DNA of 64,000 nucleotides from the NCBI GenBank assembly GCA_963702475.1, contig CAVPCT010000004.1:160001-224000 (forward strand), written 5' to 3'. A model generated the notes under the pieces. It was given only the letters and a program-made list of their open reading frames with translations. It did not search any database and had not been told where the DNA came from. Shown piece after piece: positions 39,327-50,048 of the stretch. This DNA is from an uncultured Thermoleophilia bacterium (GTDB taxonomy: Bacteria > Actinomycetota > Thermoleophilia > UBA2241). The stretch's first letter is position 1. Each line of letters starts with the position of its first letter. A program made the translations under genes and the position numbers.

Positions 39327-39818
39327 TCAGGGAAGCCGGAGGCCGCCCGCAAAGATGACCACGAGCACCAGGTTGACCACGACAAGGGCGCCGATGATGA
39401 CCAGGACGACCCGCTTGAGGAAGACCGTCCTCGCCGAGGTCTGCCCCGAAGCGCCGCTGGAGGCCCTGGATCCCACCCAGGCCCGTGCTCCCGGGTTCGC
39501 CCAGACGAGCTTGCCTTGCCGCTCGTAGTCCATGATGCGCCCGGGCGGAACGGGTCCGTCGCCCTCGAGCACGAACCGGCCGCCGACCCACATGATGTCC
39601 GCACCCGCACACTCCGGGGTCGGCCTGAAGGTGGCGATCTGCTGCGGCGCCTCCCGACCGGGTGGACGGGCACCGGCGCCCATCCGCGACGAAGAAGGAC
39701 CGGGAGCCCGGCCGGCCGTGGGGCCGGCCGGGCTCCCGGTCACATGCGCGCCCGCGTGCGCCAGAGGCGGAGGGGGAGCAGCAGGATGCTCCTCGGAAAA
39801 GTCCTCCGCGCCCCTCAT
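39327..39818 (-). CDS. Hypothetical protein with C-terminal transmembrane helix
   Basis: Its ATG overlaps the upstream gene's TGA (TGATG); C-terminal VVLVIIGALVVVNLVLVVIF. Confidence 0.55.
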   Translation of the reverse strand: MRGAEDFSEEHPAAPPPPLAHAGAHVTGSPAGPTAGRAPGPSSSRMGAGARPPGREAPQQIATFRPTPECAGADIMWVGGRFVLEGDGPVPPGRIMDYERQGKLVWANPGARAWVGSRASSGASGQTSARTVFLKRVVLVIIGALVVVNLVLVVIFAGGLRLP

Positions 39819-42150
39819 CAGTCCACCGGCAGCTGCTGCCAAGAGCCGGGCACCGTCTGCGTCACGGTCGTCGTCGTCTTCAGCGACGAGGTGGAGATGG
39901 AGCCGACGACCGTCTGGTTGTAGGCGATGGAGCAGTAGTCCTGGAGGACGATGTCGCTCTGCGACATGGTGGTCGTGACCGTGGGGTCGTACGGGCAACC
40001 GGCGAACACCGCGCCTTCGACGGTGCGGATGCTGGAGTTCGTCTGGCCCGAGAACCTGATGGTGGACTCGTTGATGACCATGAGGCCGTAGTACGTGCCC
40101 GTGCTCTGCCAGTCCACGACCTGCGGATAGATGCCGTTGTTGTCACACATGAAGAAGTAGACCATGGGGCGGGTCCGCGAGCCGAAGGTGATGTTGCCGG
40201 ACGTCGTCGTCTTCTCGGTCGTGCACAACAACACGCAGAGGACGGAGGAGGCCCCTGTGCTCTGGAAGATCACGCTGTCCGTGGAGTTCCCGGGCACCCA
40301 GACGTTGCCGTACTCGTCGGCGTAGGTGCCGCTGCGGGTGAACTTGCGCCCGAGCCACATGGGCTTCGGCTGGGCCGCCTCCGAGTTGGGGTCGGCCTGA
40401 AGCGTGTAGTCGCGGGAGGTCACCGAGGCCGTGCCGCTCCACTGGATCGTGCCGCGGTTCTTCGTCGGGTCGGAGGTGCTGCTGATGGCGTTCACGTACA
40501 CCTGGCCGAGCCAGTCCTTGATCGCGGAGGAGGCTCCACTGATGGTGAAGTCGCCGTACGCCGTCACGCCGGTCGCCTTGACGATCACGTTCCCCGCGAA
40601 CCTGAGCGTTGTGACCGAGGTGCTCCCGGCGCCGCTCGCGTAGATGAGGCCGAACGTATCGGTGATCGTCCCACTGGAGGGGCCGTTGAGCGTGATGTTG
40701 CGGCCGGCGTACAGGGACGAGGCCACGTCGAGTGTCACAAGGGCGGTAGACGAGGGTGACGATCCACCGACCGGTACGGTGAAATCCAGGGCCACGTAGA
40801 TCTGCGGGATGGTGTGGGTGACGGTCGTGCTGGTCCTGTTGTTGAGACTGAGACTGCCGCGGCAGTACACGGCCGCGGCTGAGAGGTTCACGCGGTCATA
40901 GATCGTGCTCGTGCCGGTGCCGTTCACGTACAGGGTGTTGGTGATCGTGTCGGTCACGGTGGAGCTCGTCGGCCCGGTGATGGTGAGCGTGCCGCCAACG
41001 TAGAGCGACGTGGCGCTGAACGTGATCCGCCCGGTGATGGTGAGGTTGCCGGCCACGTACAGGTTCCTGAACGCGTACGTGCGCGCCGAAGAGCTGCTCA
41101 GCGTCATGTTCCCGCCGTTCGTGGCGGCCGTCTGATACAGGTCGGCCGTGGCGGTGTAGCTCCCTGCCTGAATGGTGGTCAGCAGGGTCGAGTCGATCTG
41201 CGTCCACGTGCCCGCGTCGTAAGACCACGACGTCGGAGCCGTGGGAGCGGTCGCCGGCGTCTTGCCGGCCTGCGCCTCGTTGGCGAGACTCGCCTGCGCC
41301 GCCTGGTCGAAGTAGTCGCTCAAGAAGCCGATGGTCTCAGGGGCGATGGTGACGTCGCTGTAGGTCCTCCCCCCCGCGGTGAGGGTGTGGGTGGGCGCGG
41401 AGGTCGCGTAGGTGTTGGGGACGCCGGCCGAGCCGTTGGCCCGGATGCCGAGCGACTGCGTGTTCGATCCCGGCGCGGCGAGGTTGCTGGTGGAGTTGAG
41501 GGTGAACCTTCCGACCTCGGCGCGGCTGGGCACCATGGATGACATCGACGGGGTCCAGGTGCCCCCCGCCGAGATGGCAGTGACGAACGGCGCGCCGCTG
41601 TTGTCAGGCGTGCCGTCGGCGTTGACGGCGTAGATGTCGCTGTACTCCTCCAGCTTGATGCCGGTGTCGCTGTAGGTCACGGCCTTGGGCAGCGCGGCCG
41701 CGAACGGCAGAGTGATCTGCTGGATGAGCACGCGCGCTCTGGTCGTCTTGTTCTGGTAGTCGCACGTAGCCTCGACCCACATCCTCCTGTCCAGATTCGA
41801 ATCCCACGTCCTGCTGGTCTCGATGCTCGCGATGTTGTCGTAGTAGAGGTACGTGACAGCCGCGCCGGGGGGAACTCGCTGTTGAACGCCGCGGCGAGGG
41901 CGGCGTCGGTGAGCCACGGCGTGGCGGGCGACGCCGTCGGCATGGGGCTCGCTACCTTCGTCATCTGGACGGCCGAGTCCAGAGCGCCCTCACCGGCGTA
42001 GAGGGACTGCGTGCGGGAGCGCACATCGGCGGTCGCCCCCTGCTGGTTCGCGACCACGAAGACGAGCATGGCGCAGGTGATCGCCAGGGTCGCCATGATG
42101 CCAATCAGCATGATGAGGGCAGCCCCCTGCTGGCACGAGTACCGCTGCAT
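39818..42150 (-). CDS. PilX-like minor pilin / adhesin with repeat beta-solenoid region; frameshift in a C6 run at 41867-41872
   Basis: The N-terminus QQG|AALIMLIGIM...QSLYAGEGALD (PilX-type) joins the 39818..41917 frame if one C is added (EFPPGAAVTY). Confidence 0.7.
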
Positions 42151-42160
42151 CGTGGTCCTC

Positions 42161-42922
42161 CTAGTTGGCGCTCGCGTTGCGAAGGCGCACCGTCGTCACC
42201 ACGTCGGTGAACTTGGGCGTGCGCGCGATGTTGGCGTCGCTGATCACACGCGCACGGATAGCGACGATGGTGCTGAACACCAGCGTCCCGCTCGTGTTGT
42301 CCGTCCACTGGACGGGGTCGGTCGGGGATGACCGGTAGCCATACTGGAACAGCGGCGTATACGTGCTGCCTCCCGTCGGAGGCACGTTCAGAGGGTCGGG
42401 AATCGAAGGGTTGACGACGTTCTTCGCCAGGATGATGGTCCGGTCCCCTGCGCCGTCGAAGCTGCCGTCGTCGTCCATGTCGCGCTTCAGGTAGAGCGTC
42501 TTCTGCACGGAGGCGACGGTCGGGGTCGCCTCGAGGTAGATCCACGTCTTGCGAATGGCCGTGACTCCGGTGCCGTCGTCGTCGGCGCCCAGGACGTTGT
42601 ACGCCGAGTAGAACTGCACGTCGTAGGGCCCGGCAAGCGTGATGGGGGGCTGACCGGCGGGCATCGCGGTCTCTGTGGGGACAGGCGAGGGCAGCGCCGT
42701 GGGCTGAGCCGCGCGGAGCTCGCTGGAGATGCGACTGATGGCGTCGCGGGCCGTGGCCCGCGAGTTGTTGGCGGCCACCGCGAAGTTGGCGCCGCGCTGC
42801 ATGTTGATCCACACGGTGACGAGGCCCGTGGTGATGATGCTCAGGATGATCATGGAGACGAGCACTTCGATGAGCGTGAGCCCTGCCTCGGCGTCCCGCC
42901 GCGTGACGCGTCTGCGCAGCAT
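42161..42922 (-). CDS. Type IV minor pilin (PilW-like) with prepilin cleavage motif
   Basis: MLRRRVTRRDAEAG|LTLIEVLVSMIILSII...ARDAISRISSELRAA. Confidence 0.85.
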   Translation of the reverse strand: MLRRRVTRRDAEAGLTLIEVLVSMIILSIITTGLVTVWINMQRGANFAVAANNSRATARDAISRISSELRAAQPTALPSPVPTETAMPAGQPPITLAGPYDVQFYSAYNVLGADDDGTGVTAIRKTWIYLEATPTVASVQKTLYLKRDMDDDGSFDGAGDRTIILAKNVVNPSIPDPLNVPPTGGSTYTPLFQYGYRSSPTDPVQWTDNTSGTLVFSTIVAIRARVISDANIARTPKFTDVVTTVRLRNASAN

Positions 42923-42933
42923 GTGACGTCCTC

Positions 42934-43818
42934 TCAGTCGCCGCCGGGGTACGTGTCGAACTTGATCTTGCCGCTCGTCCACAAACGGAACGGCGGGGCG
43001 GCCATGGTGTACGTGGCCTTGCTGCTCCTGCAGAAGACGGAGTAGGTGTAGTTGGGCCCCCCGACGAGACCTGTGAACTTGACCTCTTGGTTGGTCGAGG
43101 TAGGTAGGGCGCCCGGCGGCGATATCGGCGTCGGCGAGACCGTCGCGTTCGGCGTGACGTTCGTCTGCACGCGCCGGAGCTGGACTCCCGGCGATATCAC
43201 GTAGCTGTAGTTGTCGAAGTAGACGGTGAGGGTGAGGTTGGAGGGCTCCGTCTCGGACACGATGTTGATGCCCGCCCTGGAGTCGCGGATGATGGTCTGC
43301 GCCATCGTGACGTACGCGGAGCCTGGCCGGCTCACGTTCACCCTCACGTATTTCTGCAGGGAGGTGGGGTAGGGAGTCGGCGTGACGAAGTAGGTGACGG
43401 TGTACGTCGTCTCTTCACTGTACAGGTTGTACGCAGGCCCGAAGCGCCCGTCACCGAACGGGTTCGCGGTCGGGCTCGGCGAGTAGTTGAGGTTCCCCTC
43501 GGTGATGTCTGTGTAGCTCAGCAGGCGCACCTGTTCGAGACGGTCCTGCGCGATCGCGTTCCCGTCAACGCGGACCTCGTCCTCGCCAGTCCGGTCGAGC
43601 GCGTTCACGATCACCGGGCCTACGGCCGCGAAAACCACGCCGGCTATGATCACGGTGACCAGCAACTCGACCATGCTGAAGCCGGCCGAGCCGGTGTCGG
43701 CGAGAGGCCCCCTGCGACGAGACTGAGATCCGTGCTCGCGACGATGAACCTGGAAACCGATACGGTCGCCTCGGACCGGGCGCTGCGCTGCCAGGGAGGC
43801 GCTCCTCGGGTCTGCCAT
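42934..43818 (-). CDS. Type IV minor pilin (PilV-like) with prepilin cleavage motif
   Basis: AG|FSMVELLVTVIIAGVVF...AQDRLEQVR; ATG at 43818 with AGGAG RBS. Confidence 0.8.
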   Translation of the reverse strand: MADPRSASLAAQRPVRGDRIGFQVHRREHGSQSRRRGPLADTGSAGFSMVELLVTVIIAGVVFAAVGPVIVNALDRTGEDEVRVDGNAIAQDRLEQVRLLSYTDITEGNLNYSPSPTANPFGDGRFGPAYNLYSEETTYTVTYFVTPTPYPTSLQKYVRVNVSRPGSAYVTMAQTIIRDSRAGINIVSETEPSNLTLTVYFDNYSYVISPGVQLRRVQTNVTPNATVSPTPISPPGALPTSTNQEVKFTGLVGGPNYTYSVFCRSSKATYTMAAPPFRLWTSGKIKFDTYPGGD

Positions 43819-44190
43819 AACCGCTCCTGTTCCGCCGGTGAAACGGAGAGTCCGCACCTAGGACTGGGACCCCTCCACTTCTCGCATATCGACGCGATGG
43901 GCGAGAGCTTTAGGCTCCAGCGATGGAAGGCGTCGTCAACTTAGACAGTAGTGACTCGCCCCAACGAGTCCACCGCGTCACGAAGGCACCAAGCCACTCG
44001 TGCTGGTGTTGACGCTTTGTCTTACCTGAGTACTACGACCTGACGTACCCACTCGCCATGCACAACGTTACCCACGCATAAGATACGGCAGAGTGCGGCG
44101 TTGACACGTTGGAACATTCGTCTACCCCGGGGCGGAGCGGGGGGCAGGCGAGGGCCTCGTCGACGTCCTACGGCCGGGGACCAGCCCGCC

Positions 44191-47154
44191 TCAGGGCAGC
44201 GTCTGCAGCTGGCTCAGCGTGTCCTGGAGCAGCTCGATCTGGCGGCCGTACTCGGCGAAGTCGCCGGCCTTGAGCGCCGCCTGGGCCGCCTCGAACTGCT
44301 GGTTGGCCTGCAGGATCAGCGCCTTGGCCTGGGCGCTCACGGGGCCGGCGGTGCCGCCGCCCGCTCCGTCCCCGCCCGTTCCGTCACCGCCGGTGCCGCC
44401 GGTGCCGCCGCCCACGCCCGGCGGCCCCGACGATGTCCCCGGGTCGTATGCCTCGCCGAAGGCGGCCACGAGCGCCTCGCCCAGAGTGGGCTCCATGGCC
44501 ACCACCTGCTCGGCGTTGCCCTGGCCGCCGGCCGGCGCCGGCGCCCGGTAGAAGACGATCACGCGCTTGAGCTGCGGAAGCTGCGTGTTCGTGGACTGCA
44601 GGTACAGCGGCTGCACGTACAGCAGCGAATCCTCGATGGGCGTGACGAGCAGGTTGCCCATGATCACCTCAGAGCCCTGCTGGCCCCACAGTGTGCGCTG
44701 CGCGCTGATGGCTGGATCCTGGTTGATGGTGGCCTCGACCTGGCTCGGCCCGAACACGGTGTAGCTGGAGGAGAAGACGTAGTTGAGTGCCGTGCCGTAG
44801 CCGGGCATGTCCGAGCGCGCTCCGAGCCAGGCGATCATGTTCTGGCGGCCGTTCGGCACGAACGGCAGCATGAGCAGGAACTCCTCCTTGGGGTTGCCCG
44901 GCAGCTTCATGATCACGTAGTAGGCGTCCATGCGCCCCGCGCCCGTCAGCGCCACGTTCTCGGGGATCTGCCACTGGTCGCCCTTGTTGTAGAGCACGTC
45001 GGGCTCGTCGACGTGGTACGAGGCGTAGACCTCGGACTGCACGCTGAAGAGGTCCTCGGGATAGCGGAGGTGGTCGAGCAGCGCCTGCGGCATCTCGTCC
45101 CTGGGCGTGAACAGCGTGGGGTACGCCGCCTGATACGTGCGCAGCAGCGGGTCCTCTGTGTCGAACACGAAGTACGTCATGGTGCCGTTGTAGGCGTCGA
45201 CCACGATCTTCACCGAGTTGCGCAGGTAGTTGACGCCGCTCTGCGGCGTGGAGTAGGGAACGCGATCGGTGGTCGTGTACGCGTCCTGAACCCACCACAG
45301 CCGGCCGTCGGCGATGACCATGTACGGGTCCTGGTCCAAGGTGAGGAACGGGGCCGCGCTCGAGATACGCTCCCGGATCGCGTTGCGGATGATGATCTTG
45401 CTCTCATCCTGGATGGACGACGTGGTGAAGAACTTGATCGTCCCGAGGCGCACGCTGAACGCCAGTCGGTTGAGGAGCGGCGCGATGGGGATGCCGCCGC
45501 TGCCGTCGTATTCCGCATACACGTCGCCGCTGGGGCCGGGGTAGTCGAACTCCCGGTCGGTCGTGCCGACCAGGCTGTAGCCGGTGCCGCGCTCGCCGTA
45601 GTAGATGCGCGGCTGCGTGATCTCGAGGCCCTTGACGCTCTGCGGCGGTACGTCCTGCACGAGGAAGTCGGGAGAGCCGTCGTTGGTCACCTGGTTCACG
45701 GCCGACATGGCCACGCCGAAGCCGTGCGTGTAGGTGATGTGCTGGTTCACCCACGTCTGCGCCTGCGCGGGCAACCCGTCGATGTTGAGCTCGCGCGCGG
45801 AAAGCATGGTCTGCCGGTAGACGCCGTTCACCGTGTAGCGGTCAACATCGGCGTCGAGGAAGGCGTAGTACGGGCGCAGCTCCTGCAGCTGGCGGTAGCT
45901 GGTCACCAGGGTGTTGGGATCCCACAGACGGGTGTTGCGCAGTGTCGGCTGGTTGGCCACGAGCGTCTTCGCCGTGAGCGGCTCCGTGGGCGAGAGCGGC
46001 TGCTGCTCGATCTCGTCGAGCTTGTACGCCGCCCTGGTCGCGGCGATGTTGTGGGCGATGTACTCGCGCTCCTTGGTGAGCTGGTTCGGGTTGACGATGA
46101 GCGACTGGTACGCCGCCGGCACGATGCCGCGCAGCACGATGAGCGCGACGACCCACACGCCGATGGCCAGTGGCCACCACTGGCGCCGCCGCCACACGTT
46201 GAAGACGAGCACGGCGGCGAGGGCGAACGCTATGGCCATGAGCGCGTACATGAGCGGCAATCGGATGTGTACGTCCGTGTAGCCCGCGCCGTACACCGCG
46301 CCGGCCGTCGAGTAGAGAAGGTTCCAGCCGCGGAACAGCTGGCCGACGCCGGTCACGACGAAGATGGCGGCGAGCAGCGCCGAGAGGTGCGCCACGGCGC
46401 GTGCGCCCAGCTTGAGGTCGATCTGCGGGATCTGCGTGGGCGTACGCGCGGCGCCGAAGGGGTTGCGCGGGTCGGTGAAGCGCGGCTGGCCCTGTTCCGC
46501 GCCGGGCGCGGGCTTGGCGATGAAGTCGATGCCCCCCATGACGAGGTGCATGACGGCGGTGAGGATGAGCGCCACGACGAGTGCGGCGAAGACGAAGCCC
46601 TGTACGGTCTGCCACATGGGCAGCGAGAACACGTAGAAGCCCGTGTCGTGCCCGAAGATCGGGTCGGTCTGGCCGAAGGGCACCTGCTTGAGGTACAGCA
46701 GGAACGTCTGCCAGTCGGACGACAGGGAGCTGGCGGCCACGAGGGCGGCCACGACGCAGACGGCCAGGCCGCCCCAGCCCACCAAGCGCTTGACGCGGTC
46801 GCTGCGCGGCTCGAGCAGGTCGCCGGACGAGGTGACGCGATAGCTCGGCGCCAGGCGCCGCGCCAGCTCCACGTTGGGCCACACGATGGCGAGGAACGCG
46901 GCGAACCCGATGAGCGCGATGATGATGCGCCACCAGAACCCGGTCCAGAAGACCGGCCGGAAGCCCACCTCGCCGAACCAGAGCCAGTCCACGTACAGGC
47001 CGAGGATGCGCCCCGAGAGGGCGACCAGCGCGATGACCGCCACGACCACGACCGCGATGACGATGCGCCGGCGCCGGTGGTCGCCCGTGCGCGGCTTCGA
47101 GGGCTTCTTGGGACCCTTGCTGCGCTTGGGATCGATGGGGCGGACGTTGTCCAT
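44191..47154 (-). CDS. UPF0182 family membrane protein
   Basis: YVDWLWF.EVGF, FG.TDPIFG.D.GFYVF.LP, RLWDP, DVDRY, W.N.H.TYTHG.G, NYLRNSVK and HLRYPEDLF motifs. Confidence 0.95.
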   Translation of the reverse strand: MDNVRPIDPKRSKGPKKPSKPRTGDHRRRRIVIAVVVVAVIALVALSGRILGLYVDWLWFGEVGFRPVFWTGFWWRIIIALIGFAAFLAIVWPNVELARRLAPSYRVTSSGDLLEPRSDRVKRLVGWGGLAVCVVAALVAASSLSSDWQTFLLYLKQVPFGQTDPIFGHDTGFYVFSLPMWQTVQGFVFAALVVALILTAVMHLVMGGIDFIAKPAPGAEQGQPRFTDPRNPFGAARTPTQIPQIDLKLGARAVAHLSALLAAIFVVTGVGQLFRGWNLLYSTAGAVYGAGYTDVHIRLPLMYALMAIAFALAAVLVFNVWRRRQWWPLAIGVWVVALIVLRGIVPAAYQSLIVNPNQLTKEREYIAHNIAATRAAYKLDEIEQQPLSPTEPLTAKTLVANQPTLRNTRLWDPNTLVTSYRQLQELRPYYAFLDADVDRYTVNGVYRQTMLSARELNIDGLPAQAQTWVNQHITYTHGFGVAMSAVNQVTNDGSPDFLVQDVPPQSVKGLEITQPRIYYGERGTGYSLVGTTDREFDYPGPSGDVYAEYDGSGGIPIAPLLNRLAFSVRLGTIKFFTTSSIQDESKIIIRNAIRERISSAAPFLTLDQDPYMVIADGRLWWVQDAYTTTDRVPYSTPQSGVNYLRNSVKIVVDAYNGTMTYFVFDTEDPLLRTYQAAYPTLFTPRDEMPQALLDHLRYPEDLFSVQSEVYASYHVDEPDVLYNKGDQWQIPENVALTGAGRMDAYYVIMKLPGNPKEEFLLMLPFVPNGRQNMIAWLGARSDMPGYGTALNYVFSSSYTVFGPSQVEATINQDPAISAQRTLWGQQGSEVIMGNLLVTPIEDSLLYVQPLYLQSTNTQLPQLKRVIVFYRAPAPAGGQGNAEQVVAMEPTLGEALVAAFGEAYDPGTSSGPPGVGGGTGGTGGDGTGGDGAGGGTAGPVSAQAKALILQANQQFEAAQAALKAGDFAEYGRQIELLQDTLSQLQTLP

Positions 47155-47307
47155 GCGCCTAGTATGAACCCTTTGCGCCCGCGAGACACAACGGGGGCGG
47201 CGAGAGCGCGTACGGGATCAGGGGTCCCCGCGGGCGGGGCACGGACTGCCGGACCGGCCGACGGGGCGCCTTGGCGGGCCGGCGGAAGCGCTGCCCCGGC
47301 CGGCCCG

Positions 47308-49890
47308 TCAGTTGGGCTCGGCCTTCTCCGCGCGGACCATGGCCGTGAAACGCTGGACCATCACCGGGTCCAGCTCGCGCGCGGCGACCTGACGAAGGTC
47401 GTCCAGGCTGTCGCCGTTCTGCGCGGTGAAGTCGAAGCGGCGGCAGACGGCGAACGCCCGGGCCACTCGTGGGATGGCGCTGCCACGCCGGCCCTCGGGA
47501 TAGCCCAGGCCGTCCCAGCGTTCGCTGCCGTAGATGAGCGCGTCCACCACACGGTTGCGCACGTCCGCCGGCAGCGCATCGCCGTTGCGGGCCGACCCGA
47601 GGATGCCCTGCACCTCGGCCTGCAGGCTAGCGTCGTTCTCCACAGCGGCCAGCGCCGTGACCAGGCCGACGGTCTCGGCCTCGTTGAGGCCGATGAAGTC
47701 GGCGAAGCGGCGCCCGAGGGCCCCCAGGCCGCCCTCAAGGTCTTCGAGTGGGGCGGCCGGGCCGGCGCCGGCGAGACACACGCGGTCGCGCCCCAGCGCC
47801 TTCGCGCGCAGCAGCGCCGCGTCGGCGGCCGCCAGCAGTCCTTCGCTGGTCTCGGCCGACTCCGGGTAGGCGGCCACCCCGGCCGACACGCTGACGCGCA
47901 GGCCGGCGTGACCGACGTCGATGTCCGCGACACCGCTTCTGATGCGGTGTGCCAGCGAAACGGCCTCCTGAAGGTAGGTGTGCGGCAGGACGACGGCGAA
48001 CTCCTCGCCCCCGTAGCGGGCGAGGTAGTCCGTCTCCCGGGAGCAGCTGCGCAGCACGTCGCTGACGGCGCGCAGCACTTCGTCGCCCTTCTGGTGTCCG
48101 ACGGTGTCGTTGACCGCTTTGAAGTGGTCCAGATCCAGCATCAACAGGCAGAAGCTCTCCCCGTACCGCCCGGCGCGGCGCGTCGCAAGATCCAGCGTGT
48201 CGTGGAAGTGCCGGTGGTTGTGAAGGCCGGTGAGGCCGTCGGTGATCGCCCGCCGCTCGAGCTCCTCGTACGCCTGCGAGTTCTGGATGGCGATGGCCGC
48301 CATGTTGGCGAACAGCTGGGCCACCTCCAGCTCCTGGTCCTCGAAGGTCCGGCCGCCCAGACGCTCCACGGCCAGCACGCCGGTCGTCGTGCCGCGAAGC
48401 CTTAGCGGCACGACCAGCGAGGCGTGCGGACGCCGCTCGGCCTCGCCGTTGACGTGCGCCACGCGGGGGTCGGTGGTGCCGTCATTGACGATCTGGGCGC
48501 TGCCGTGCTGGGCGACCCAGCCGCGGAGGCTGCCCTCCATCGACGGCCGCAGCGCCAGAAGGTCCGCCGCGTCCTCACCGGTCGCGTAGATGCAGATGAG
48601 CTCGCGTGTGACCCGGTCGACGAGGCGGATGTCCAGGGAGTCGTACTCCACCACCTCCCTGAGCATCGTGCCGATCTCCCGCAGCACGGCCTCGCGGTCG
48701 AGGGTCCCCAGCAGAGTGGTGCTCACGTCCAGCAGCCGGTGCCGCAGGGCGAGTTGCCGCTCCAGCTGGTGCGATACGGTCTGCGCCTCCTCGTATTGCC
48801 GCGCGTTGCGGATCGCGATGGCGGTGAGGTTGGCGAACAGCTTGGCCGACTCCAGCTCGGCCTCCGAGAAGGTGCGCTCGCCCATGCGGTCGAGCGCGAG
48901 CACCCCCATCACCGAGCCGCCGACCGAGAGCGGCGCGACGATGGACGCCTGAGGGACCCACTCGGTGCCCGGCACGAGAGCCCCGCGCGGGTCACTCAGC
49001 ATGTCGTTGACGAGTTGCGCCTCGTTGTGAGAGACCACCCACCCGCTGACGCCGACGTCGAGCGGGGCCCGCCAGCTTGTCATCTGCGCAAGCTCCCGAT
49101 CACTGGCGAACGCGCAGTACAGCTCGCGAGCCGCTTCGTCGACCAGACGGATCTCCATGGCGTCGTAGTCGACGAAGCCCTTGAGCAGCGCGCCCACCCG
49201 CGTGAACAGCTCCCGTTGATCGAGCGTGGTGAGCAACGCCGCGCTCAGCTCGATCAGCCCATGGCGCAGCTCGAGCTGCGCCTCCAGCTGCGCCGTGGCG
49301 TCTTCGAGCGCCTTGTACTGGCGGGCGTTCTCGATGGCCACCGAGGCGTGCGCGACGAAGACCTCGAGCGACTTCACGAGGTCGAGGCTGGGGACCCGTC
49401 TGTCCCTGGGATCGGACAGGTCCAGGACGCCGACGATCTCACGCCGCTTGTCGAAGAGCGGCACGAAGAGCTCGTCGTTCGACTGCCACTCGTGCGGGTT
49501 CCGAGGACCCAGCTCGAGCGGCGGGAGGTAGTGCAGCTGCTCCTCGGTCCACTTGTGCGTGGGGTCGATGAAGAAGGACGTGCCGACCTGGTACTGCGGG
49601 ATGAGGAGCTCGTCCAGCACACGCCGCGGGATGGGACGGTCGAACAGAACGCCGTCGTACTCGGGGTGCTCGCCGGCCGTGGCGTGCACACGGAACGTAT
49701 CCCCGTCCGGCTCGACGAGGTAGAGGGCCGTCTCGCGGAACCCGAACGTCCGGCCCACCGACGAGACGACCACGCCGACGATATCGTTGAGCTCGAGACT
49801 GGCCTGCAGCTCGTTGGCGAGCGTGACCAGGCCGCGCATGAGCTCGACCTCGTTGCGGTCGGTCTTTCGATTCCTCACGCGAAACGCCAT
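47308..49890 (-). CDS. Diguanylate cyclase with three GAF domains and a degenerate C-terminal HD-GYP remnant
   Basis: Three GAF repeats ending AIENAR/AIRNAR/AIQNSQ, then TDGLTGL, DLDHFK.VND.GH..GD and RYGGEEF, then ERWDG.GYP. Confidence 0.9.
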   Translation of the reverse strand: MAFRVRNRKTDRNEVELMRGLVTLANELQASLELNDIVGVVVSSVGRTFGFRETALYLVEPDGDTFRVHATAGEHPEYDGVLFDRPIPRRVLDELLIPQYQVGTSFFIDPTHKWTEEQLHYLPPLELGPRNPHEWQSNDELFVPLFDKRREIVGVLDLSDPRDRRVPSLDLVKSLEVFVAHASVAIENARQYKALEDATAQLEAQLELRHGLIELSAALLTTLDQRELFTRVGALLKGFVDYDAMEIRLVDEAARELYCAFASDRELAQMTSWRAPLDVGVSGWVVSHNEAQLVNDMLSDPRGALVPGTEWVPQASIVAPLSVGGSVMGVLALDRMGERTFSEAELESAKLFANLTAIAIRNARQYEEAQTVSHQLERQLALRHRLLDVSTTLLGTLDREAVLREIGTMLREVVEYDSLDIRLVDRVTRELICIYATGEDAADLLALRPSMEGSLRGWVAQHGSAQIVNDGTTDPRVAHVNGEAERRPHASLVVPLRLRGTTTGVLAVERLGGRTFEDQELEVAQLFANMAAIAIQNSQAYEELERRAITDGLTGLHNHRHFHDTLDLATRRAGRYGESFCLLMLDLDHFKAVNDTVGHQKGDEVLRAVSDVLRSCSRETDYLARYGGEEFAVVLPHTYLQEAVSLAHRIRSGVADIDVGHAGLRVSVSAGVAAYPESAETSEGLLAAADAALLRAKALGRDRVCLAGAGPAAPLEDLEGGLGALGRRFADFIGLNEAETVGLVTALAAVENDASLQAEVQGILGSARNGDALPADVRNRVVDALIYGSERWDGLGYPEGRRGSAIPRVARAFAVCRRFDFTAQNGDSLDDLRQVAARELDPVMVQRFTAMVRAEKAEPN

Positions 49891-50048
49891 GCCGGCTCCT
49901 GCTCGACGCGCCGCACCCGGATTGTACCCGGCCGCCCAACGGCGCGAAGACTGTGTCCACTCGCCCGCGGAGCCTCGCCCCACGGCCGGGGCGGGCCGGC
50001 AGCCATCTGTGTCGTCAGGCCGTAGAGATACTTGAGGGGAACGTTCGC

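Noticed and set aside
44101-48405. 1434-aa plus-strand ORF, and similar long ORFs such as 5061..7487, 7042..9072 and most of 13311..16061
   Set aside because: These are antisense or off-frame shadows of well-supported genes in high-GC DNA, with no recognisable motifs. Only the end of 13311..16061 encodes the real TetR N-terminus.
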